Shown here piece by piece: positions 57,365 through 64,000 of a stretch of DNA of 64,000 nucleotides. The DNA is from Candidatus Dormibacteria bacterium. GTDB taxonomy: Bacteria; Chloroflexota; Dormibacteria; Aeolococcales; Aeolococcaceae. Numbering within the stretch: position 1 is the first letter of the stretch; the number at the start of each line of letters is the position of its first letter. The DNA lies in contig JBMFXB010000007.1 in the NCBI GenBank assembly GCA_049964715.1, positions 4,698-68,697 of the forward strand, in the 5' to 3' direction. The notes beneath the pieces are model-generated. The model had not been told where the DNA came from and ran no database searches. It was given only the letters and a program-made list of their open reading frames with translations. A program made the position numbers and the translations under genes.

Positions 57365-57919
57365 CTAGGCTTGCTCATTGGAACTGTGCATTGAGGGCGT
57401 GAAGACCCGTCCTGCAAGGGCTTTAGCCACTGCGTACAGACCAAAGAGCAGACCTGTGTAGATGATGTCGCTCAGCAATGTGTTTCGGAAAAACGGAACT
57501 GCCATTGCATAGCACTGAACGAGTCCTGACCATGTGTGGATGTACATACCACTCCAGAGCCATACAGCGAAATTCGACACGAGGAAAAAAAACACGGAGC
57601 CTGCAGGTGTGATGAGTGCGAGCTTCCAAAGGGAGAACCTACGAAGGGTCGTACTGCTTGCAAGTGCAATAAGGACATAGCATCCCCAGACTGAGAGCAT
57701 GATTGGGAGAGTGTAGAAACCGATGAGTGCATCCGAGGCAACCATTGCAGCAAGCGGAACCCAAATGGCATGACGTCTCGGGAGAACACTCCCTCCAAAG
57801 ATGGAAATGGCTGCAACTGGTGCGAAGTTTGCAGGATGGGGAAGAAGACGCATGGTTGCTGCAAGTGCAACAAGCACAATGGCAATTGCAACGGTGAAAC
57901 GTGTCTTAGAGTGCGACAT
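57365..57919 (-). CDS. DUF6580-type ECF S-component-like transporter (predicted cobalamin uptake)
   Basis: RLLPHPANFAPVAAISIFGG, SDALIGFY, FFLVSNFAVW and CYAMAVPFFRNTL. TAATG coupling to the upstream gene; riboswitch upstream. Confidence 0.85.
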   Translation of the reverse strand: MSHSKTRFTVAIAIVLVALAATMRLLPHPANFAPVAAISIFGGSVLPRRHAIWVPLAAMVASDALIGFYTLPIMLSVWGCYVLIALASSTTLRRFSLWKLALITPAGSVFFFLVSNFAVWLWSGMYIHTWSGLVQCYAMAVPFFRNTLLSDIIYTGLLFGLYAVAKALAGRVFTPSMHSSNEQA

Positions 57920-58299
57920 TACTGGAGCTTCCATGTAATCGTCTCCTTGCTTGTGGTAATCAGGTCGCTTGCACCGACAGTTGCTTCCTTGCCGTTGACA
58001 TAGAGAGTCCAGTATTTTGGTCCATTTCCTGCCACACCATCAATCGACATCACCATATCACCAAATGAATAGTGCTTCACTGTGACTGTTGCATGTCTTT
58101 TGAGCAGGACAAGTGCATTTACTCCATTCACACCGGGATAGCTAATTGAAGAGAGCTCATGGTGGGAAGTAGTTGTCGAGACATCGTTCGTTGCAGCAGT
58201 AGCATGGTGAAGCAGTGCAAAAGCAACACCCCCTGCAATGACAATGACAACGATGAGTGCAGCAATCTTTGCTGTCAGGCGTTGAGCTGTCCGGCCCAT
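57919..58299 (-). CDS. DUF4430 (transcobalamin-like) anchored substrate-binding protein
   Basis: N-terminal TM segment, NALVLL, FGDMVMSIDGV, YWTLYVNGK..VGA and ITWK. A GGAGG SD precedes the ATG at 58299. Confidence 0.85.
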   Translation of the reverse strand: MGRTAQRLTAKIAALIVVIVIAGGVAFALLHHATAATNDVSTTTSHHELSSISYPGVNGVNALVLLKRHATVTVKHYSFGDMVMSIDGVAGNGPKYWTLYVNGKEATVGASDLITTSKETITWKLQ

Positions 58300-58390
58300 G
58301 GAAAACCTCCGTGCCTCCGCTCTCTTGGGAACAGGGTACCGAGGAAGTAGCCTCTCGGGTCCTGCTCGGGACATTGGTGGCGAATGTATT

Positions 58391-58456
58391 GCTGGGTCGG
58401 ACTTCGCGATAGCGTAACCGTTGCGGCACAGTTCCGGATTTTCACCAGATTCCAGC
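58391..58456 (-). promoter_or_regulatory. Cobalamin riboswitch (short, class II / AdoCbl-variant type)
   Basis: The minus strand reads GCTGGAA-TCTGGTGAAAATCCGGAACTGTGCCGCAACGGT...AAGTCCGAC-CCAGC, giving the GGAA, GGTGAAAATCC and GCAAC elements with GCTGG/CCAGC closing pairing. It is upstream of B12-type transport genes. Confidence 0.85.
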
Positions 58457-58535
58457 TGATGGATTGTGTGGAGATATCGTAGCAGATCCTGAGGCGTGCA
58501 GATTCAGCCGGGAAGAAAGGTGAAGGCCTTCTTTC

Positions 58536-59768
58536 CTAGAAGGCTCCTGAATGTCCTTGCTGCTTCTTCGGAAGGAAGGGAACAAAGGTGAGTGCCTTCC
58601 CTACACGGCCAGCCCGGCCAGTTCGCCCAATTCGGTGGATGTACGATTCGTATGAGTCAGGCTCATCGTAATTGATGACATGGCTCACATCAGGTATATC
58701 GAGTCCACGTGCTGCAACATCTGTTGCGACAAGTACCCGGAGTCGTCCTTCCTTGAAGAGGTTGAGTACTCGTTGCCGCTGAGGCTGGGTCTTGTTGCCA
58801 TGGATGGAGTCTGCATGGAATCCCCGTCGTTGGAGTTCATCTGCAAGTCGCTGCACACTCCGCTTTGTGTTTGCGAATACGAGAACCTTGTCAAATGCAT
58901 CATCTGCAAGGTATTCAGTAAGCTTCATGAGCTTTTCTGCCTGGGATCGGGTTTCGATGCGGTCTTGCTCAATGGTCTTTGCAACTGCAGTCTGTTGCAC
59001 GGATATGATCTTCGGATCGTGCGCAAAACGGGGGAGTAGTTGCTGAATGTCAGGCGTTATCGTTGCACTGAAGAAGATGGACTGTCGAAGCTTAGGCATC
59101 TGCTCAAGCAGGCATGTGACATCTTCGATGAATCCCATGTCCAGCATGCGGTCAAATTCATCGAGGACAACAGTCGCTGCATGCTTGAGATGCAGTGCAT
59201 CGTAGTTTGCAATGAGATCCCGAAGTCGACCAGGAGTGCCAACAATGAACTGCGGAAGCGGTCTGAGGGATCGAAGCTGCCTCTCAATATCCTGACCTCC
59301 GACATACAGTCCAGTGCGAATTTGCGTCCCCTTTGTGAAGAGCACGCAATCATCCCGTATCTGTTGTGCAAGCTCACGTGTTGGAGAGACGACAAGTACA
59401 CTGCCAGTGAGCTCCTTTTCAAGGATGCGGTGTATGAGGGGAAGGCAGAAGGCAGCAGTCTTACCTGTACCAGTGTTTGCAAGTCCTACTACATCATGGC
59501 CCTGAAGAAGAAGCGGTATGGTTGCCTGTTGGATTGGGGTTGGTGCAACGAATCCGCGGTCCGCAATGTTGCGGGTAACCTGCGGGTGAAACCCAAAATG
59601 GGTGAAGTCTGCAGCTTCAGGAGTGTCATTCGCTGGAAGGATATTTTGCGCACGTGGTGCACCCTGCAGCAGCGGATTTGGTGTTGACATACCCCGGAAT
59701 GACGTTGAGGAACGACGAGAGGAACGGCTCCTTCCACTGGAGGAGGAGCGGGGTTGCGATGTATACAT
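58536..59768 (-). CDS. DEAD/DEAH-box RNA helicase (DEFD variant)
   Basis: PTPIQ, TGTGKT, PTRELA, TPGRL, DEFD, SAT, ARGLD and HRIGRTGRAG. Confidence 0.95.
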   Translation of the reverse strand: MYTSQPRSSSSGRSRSSRRSSTSFRGMSTPNPLLQGAPRAQNILPANDTPEAADFTHFGFHPQVTRNIADRGFVAPTPIQQATIPLLLQGHDVVGLANTGTGKTAAFCLPLIHRILEKELTGSVLVVSPTRELAQQIRDDCVLFTKGTQIRTGLYVGGQDIERQLRSLRPLPQFIVGTPGRLRDLIANYDALHLKHAATVVLDEFDRMLDMGFIEDVTCLLEQMPKLRQSIFFSATITPDIQQLLPRFAHDPKIISVQQTAVAKTIEQDRIETRSQAEKLMKLTEYLADDAFDKVLVFANTKRSVQRLADELQRRGFHADSIHGNKTQPQRQRVLNLFKEGRLRVLVATDVAARGLDIPDVSHVINYDEPDSYESYIHRIGRTGRAGRVGKALTFVPFLPKKQQGHSGAF

Positions 59769-59948
59769 TGACCCTACCTATGCCTGTGCTTTTGTACAGG
59801 CTTCGTGTTGATGATGGAACAGACGATCCAGCGAACAACCGCTGGAATACGTCAGGTATTCGGGTCGTTCAGGCTTGGTACATATGCTCAAGATATAGAA
59901 AGTGTACCAATTTTTGGCAAAGTGTGCAGAATGATGCGATTGACGCGT

Positions 59949-60674
59949 TTATTCCAGCATGTTAACTGGTAGTGTGAAGGTGTCGCCAGCATGGTATATC
60001 GTTGGTTTATCCTTCTCATGAAGTTCAATGGAGCTTCGTCCAACAACAAGTGCGTGATCTCCCGTGACAAACACGCCAGTATCTTCATCAATCCCCATCC
60101 AGGACGGTGGGCCCGCTTCTGTGAGGAGATTCAGTCTGTGTGAAGCATCTTGCCACCTGTCAAAGTGGGGAAAAATCGTTAGCCTGACAAGTAAAAAGGC
60201 TGGAACCCATTCTGGTGGAGTTGCGTTGATCGAAGGTGCCCGGATGTTTTTTGGAATACTGCTACCAAGTACCATTGCACCTGCAGAACTTCCTGCAAGG
60301 ATGACACCCGTGTGTACCCGGGAGAGTATCGTGGTCCAAAGACGTGATCCAGCAAGAATGGAGTGGAGATATGTTGGGTCTCCTCCTGAAAGGTAGATAA
60401 GATCCACGTTTGCAAGTGCACTGTCCCATGCTGTGCTGTTGGCCTCTTCTGGAGTGAAGGCAGGGATGCCAGTAATGTCAATGCCAAGGGAAGCATAGTG
60501 GTGTTCTGCCATGGTGATCCATTTCATGGCATCAGGTTCCTTCCCGGCAGCAGCGGGAATGACTGCAACGGAGTGCACATGCATGGTGTCCCTGAGCATG
60601 GTGTCAACGGGGAGAACTGCAGGAGTGAATTCGCCAGATCCCATAAGGAGGATTCGGGGAGCTGCACTGGTCAT
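59949..60674 (-). CDS. Peptidase S51 / cyanophycinase-like serine hydrolase
   Basis: LMGSGE, YLSGGD, nucleophile GSSAG, PHFD and GIDEDT. Confidence 0.82.
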   Translation of the reverse strand: MTSAAPRILLMGSGEFTPAVLPVDTMLRDTMHVHSVAVIPAAAGKEPDAMKWITMAEHHYASLGIDITGIPAFTPEEANSTAWDSALANVDLIYLSGGDPTYLHSILAGSRLWTTILSRVHTGVILAGSSAGAMVLGSSIPKNIRAPSINATPPEWVPAFLLVRLTIFPHFDRWQDASHRLNLLTEAGPPSWMGIDEDTGVFVTGDHALVVGRSSIELHEKDKPTIYHAGDTFTLPVNMLE

Positions 60675-61468
60675 AGCGTGCGTCTCGTTGATCCATATGC
60701 ATCAAGCTCATGCATCACTTCATCCTCTAGGGTGAATCCGAAGACATCTGCATTGGATCTGATATGGGATTCCTGCGATGACTTCGGAATAACGACAAAG
60801 TCATGTTGGAGTGCCCACCGGATGAGAATCTGGGCTGGTGACACATGATATGCCTTGGCTATTGCTACAAGCCTTTCGTCTGCAAGATGCCTGCCACGTG
60901 TTAGTGGGCTGTACGCTTCGACTGCTATGCCATGGTCCTGGCAGTATGAAACAAGTTCCCAATTGCAGTGATATGGGCTGAGATGGATTTGATTGACCTG
61001 AGGAAGGATGCTGCACGCTTTTCGAATCTTCTCGAGGTTGGAAATGCTGTGGTTGCTTACACCGATTGCTCGTACCTTGCCTTCATGGTAGAGACGTTCC
61101 ATGCGTTTCCATGTGGGAACAACGAGGCCTGGAGGCGGAAAGTGGACAAGATACAGGTCGACCACATCAACACCAAGGCGTACTCGACTTTCATTGAATG
61201 CATGGTCCACATGAAGGGCATCGATGGGGAATAGTTTTGTGGTAATCCATACATCATTGCGGGACACTGAATGGTCGTGAATGGCAGCACCGACACTGCG
61301 CTCATTTCGATAAATCCGGGCAGTATCGATGTGTCGGTATCCAGCATCGAGGGCCCACTGAACAGCCCTGTATGCTGGTTCACCATCCGGTATTTGCCAG
61401 ACCCCAAGACCAAGTCGTGGCATACGTGAACCGTTGTTGAGTGAGAGTGTTGATGAGAGGGTGAGCAT
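60671..61468 (-). CDS. Aldo/keto reductase (2,5-DKG reductase-like)
   Basis: GLGVW, GYRHIDTARIY, ITTK, DLYLVH and IGVSN. Confidence 0.93.
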   Translation of the reverse strand: MLTLSSTLSLNNGSRMPRLGLGVWQIPDGEPAYRAVQWALDAGYRHIDTARIYRNERSVGAAIHDHSVSRNDVWITTKLFPIDALHVDHAFNESRVRLGVDVVDLYLVHFPPPGLVVPTWKRMERLYHEGKVRAIGVSNHSISNLEKIRKACSILPQVNQIHLSPYHCNWELVSYCQDHGIAVEAYSPLTRGRHLADERLVAIAKAYHVSPAQILIRWALQHDFVVIPKSSQESHIRSNADVFGFTLEDEVMHELDAYGSTRRTL

Positions 61469-61809
61469 TATGGTCGTGGATCCTTCTTTTCCTTCTGCAC
61501 GTACTTCTATACGATACCGGGCAATGTATGGATTCGTCTCCATGGAGTGCAACAGGGTGAGCGTCTGAAGTTACTACATATGCACCACAGACTTGTTCTC
61601 AAAGCTTTCGTGCAGTGTTGCGGGGTGCAGGCGAACAGCAGCCCTTGATGCTTGAGACATATAGGGGTTCTCGACTTGTTAGGTAGAAGCCCCTTCTGGT
61701 GAAGATTACTGGTACAGGGATTGCAGAGGGGAATTGGAGCAACGACAGGAAATTGAGGATTTGCAGTGGTACGCAGGTGCGATCTTGGCTACGAATCGCT
61801 GTATGGATG

Positions 61810-61884
61810 TGGTTGGGGAGGCAGGATTCGAACCTGCGCATGGCGGATCCAAAGTCCGCTGCCTTACCGCTTGGCGACTCCCCA
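61810..61884 (-). tRNA. tRNA-Gln(TTG)
   Basis: The reverse complement is TGGGGAGTCGCCAAGCGGTAAGGCA-GCGGA-CTTTGGA-TCCGC...GGTTCGAATCCTGCCTCCCCAACCA, with a U1:A72 pair. Confidence 0.95.
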
Positions 61885-61994
61885 GAGGAGATGGCGTATC
61901 GACCTCATGATACGAGTTTCCTCGATGGACATTCATGCCAGGAGGAGATGTAGTGACATCGCTCGGGGCAGGGAACTTCGTATACTCGCATCAC

Positions 61995-63428
61995 ATGGTA
62001 CCGATGTCACTGCGCGCTGTGATTCTCGCTGCTGGACAAGGCAGCCGGCTTAGGAGTTCGACTCCGAAAGTGCTTCATGCCCTTGCTGGCCGAACAATCC
62101 TTTCGTATGTAGTTGATACAGCACGTGAAGTGAGCACGGAACAACCTCTTGTCGTTGTGCATTTGTCACATGCGGAAGTTCGTGAACATGTCCAGTCTCT
62201 TGGCGGCATACCTGTACTCCAGCAGGAGTCCCGTGGAACTGGGGATGCAGTCCGTTCAGTTCCAGAGGAATTCTGGAAAGCGGATACATTTGTCATTTTG
62301 AGTGGAGATACTCCGCTTGTCACTGCAGCTACAGTACGGATGATGATTGAGCAGCACGAGAGGACTGGAGATGCAGCAACAGTTGCCACATTCCGTCTTC
62401 GTGGCAAGAATACCTATGGCAGGATTGAACATGATGATGCAACTGGAGCTGTGTGCGGAATACGTGAGGCAAGGGATCGTGGTGAAGAAACGGGAAATGA
62501 CGAATTCGAGTACAATGCTGGCCTGTACTGCTTTGCGACAGGTCCTCTCAAGCAGGCACTGAAGAAACTCACGCCGGACAATGCACAGGGTGAGTACTAT
62601 CTTTCCGATGTCATTGGCCTCCTCGTTCCTGAGGGAGTTGGTACATACGTACTGGACGATGCAGAAGAGCTTGCAGGCATCAATGACCACAAAGACTTCG
62701 CTCGAGTTGAACATGCGATGCGAAGAAGAATTGCAGACCGCCTCATGGAAAAGGGGGTCCATATCACAGATCCTGCAACAACGTACTGTGACTGGGAGGT
62801 GGATATTGAACCTGGAACGACCATACAGCCTGGCTGTGTTCTGCGGGGCAGGACGAAAATTGGCAGAGACTGCATGATTGGACCGTATGCACAGCTTCGT
62901 GACATGACTGTGGGAGACGGCTGTACTGTAGGAAGCTCAACGCTTGAGGAATCCACGCTGGGAGCTTTTGTGACAATTGGACAGTATTGTCGAGTTCGTG
63001 CTGGGTGCACCATTGGCAATCATGTCTATCTTGGAACAGCAGCTGAAGTGAAAAATGCTGAAATTGGCGAGAGAAGCTTCATCAGCCATTTCTCGTGCGT
63101 TCTTGATGCCAGGGTAGGCAGTAATGTGAATGTGGGTGCAGGCACAGTAACGTGCAACTTTGACGGAATATCAAAGCATCGTACAATCATGGGAGACGGA
63201 GCATTTATCGGGAGTGACAGTATTCTCGTCGCTCCGTGTGTCATCGGGAAGCATGCCTATGTGGGAGCAGGTTCAGTGATTACCCATGATGTTCCTGACG
63301 ATGCACTTGCTGTAGAGCGAAACCAGCAGCAAAATGTCGAAGGCTGGGCTCTCCGCCACAGGGCACACATGAGTATCCAGGAAACAGGAGCATCCCCCAC
63401 CACACCACCACTGGAGCCATCATCATGA
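61995..63428 (+). CDS. glmU: Bifunctional UDP-GlcNAc pyrophosphorylase/glucosamine-1-P acetyltransferase
   Basis: VILAAGQGSRL..TPKVLH, GTGDAV, SGDTPL, QGEYYL, hexapeptide repeats and NFDG. Confidence 0.95.
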   Translation: MVPMSLRAVILAAGQGSRLRSSTPKVLHALAGRTILSYVVDTAREVSTEQPLVVVHLSHAEVREHVQSLGGIPVLQQESRGTGDAVRSVPEEFWKADTFVILSGDTPLVTAATVRMMIEQHERTGDAATVATFRLRGKNTYGRIEHDDATGAVCGIREARDRGEETGNDEFEYNAGLYCFATGPLKQALKKLTPDNAQGEYYLSDVIGLLVPEGVGTYVLDDAEELAGINDHKDFARVEHAMRRRIADRLMEKGVHITDPATTYCDWEVDIEPGTTIQPGCVLRGRTKIGRDCMIGPYAQLRDMTVGDGCTVGSSTLEESTLGAFVTIGQYCRVRAGCTIGNHVYLGTAAEVKNAEIGERSFISHFSCVLDARVGSNVNVGAGTVTCNFDGISKHRTIMGDGAFIGSDSILVAPCVIGKHAYVGAGSVITHDVPDDALAVERNQQQNVEGWALRHRAHMSIQETGASPTTPPLEPSS

Positions 63429-64000
63429 ACATTGGGAACCCGTACGGCGAAATCATGCTCCTTGCCGGGAGCGGTAATCATCTTCTGGGTGAACGTATTG
63501 CATCCGAACTCGGAGTTGAGCTTGCTCCGCTTGATATTTCACACTTTGCGGATGGTGAACTCAATATCAAAATCACAGAATCCGTTCGTGGGTACGATGT
63601 GTTCCTTATCCAACCCACATGCTTTCCTGTCAATGAGAATTACATGGAGCTCTTTCTTGTTCTCGATGGGCTCCGACGTGCATCTGCATCACGGATCACA
63701 ACAGTCATGCCATATTACGGGTATCAACGGAAAGAAAAAAAGACCCAACCACGGGACCCAATCAGTGCAAAGCTTGTAGCAAATGTCATTGAGCTTGCAG
63801 GATCGAACCGGGCAATGCTCATCGATGTGCATGCAGAGGCGATCCAGGGATTCTTTGATATCCCGGTGGACCACCTTACTGCAGTGAAAATACTTGCCCA
63901 ACATGTTCGTGATCGCCATGCAGGGAGTCCGATCGTTGTGGTTTCGCCAGATGCAGGTGGTGCACAGCGTGCCCGTACACTTGCGAAGCACCTTGAAGCT
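63425..64000 (+). CDS. prs: Ribose-phosphate pyrophosphokinase (3' end outside window)
   Basis: ATGA overlap with glmU. The frame reads FADGELNIKITESVRGYDVFLIQPT..PVNENYMEL, PYYGYQRKEKK and VSPDAGG. Confidence 0.95.
   Translation, partial: MNIGNPYGEIMLLAGSGNHLLGERIASELGVELAPLDISHFADGELNIKITESVRGYDVFLIQPTCFPVNENYMELFLVLDGLRRASASRITTVMPYYGYQRKEKKTQPRDPISAKLVANVIELAGSNRAMLIDVHAEAIQGFFDIPVDHLTAVKILAQHVRDRHAGSPIVVVSPDAGGAQRARTLAKHLEA

Noticed and set aside
61599-61841. 80-aa minus-strand ORF
   Set aside because: It begins inside tRNA-Gln and shows no coding signal. The ORFs overlapping tRNA-Ala at 47843-48244 are rejected for the same reason.

Overview
A housekeeping-rich bacterial chromosomal segment of roughly 50% GC (estimated by eye). 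It is probably from a monoderm Terrabacteria lineage; a Dormibacterota/Chloroflexota-like origin is a tentative inference from the Tad pilin, Obg with a C-terminal OCT domain, bS22 and the tRNA-Gln/glmU/prs arrangement. Positions 1-23.3 kb hold a scattered Tad/Flp pilus system: three CpaE paralogues, flp, cpaB-tadB-tadC and a distant cpaF. These are interleaved with orphan genes, a PAS-GGDEF-EAL protein, two ABC systems and a CAP protein. Next come tRNA-Leu-tig-clpP-clpX, valS, a zinc-ribbon protein and four membrane genes that look like a degenerate complex I/Hyf/Mrp membrane arm. Then follow maf, rplU-rpmA-obg-nadD-rsfS, a rhomboid, a class A PBP, an AAA+ ATPase, two tRNA-Ala genes, HIT, bS22, holA, rpsT, ispE and zwf-glucokinase. 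The window ends with a cobalamin-riboswitch-controlled two-gene uptake module, a DEAD-box helicase, tRNA-Gln and glmU-prs. The best novelty candidates are (1) the membrane-arm-only operon lacking conserved proton-translocation residues and (2) the CpaE pair with complementary degeneration of receiver and ATPase motifs. No CRISPR array, rRNA, integrase or transposase was seen. All family assignments come from recognising motifs by eye, not from database searches.
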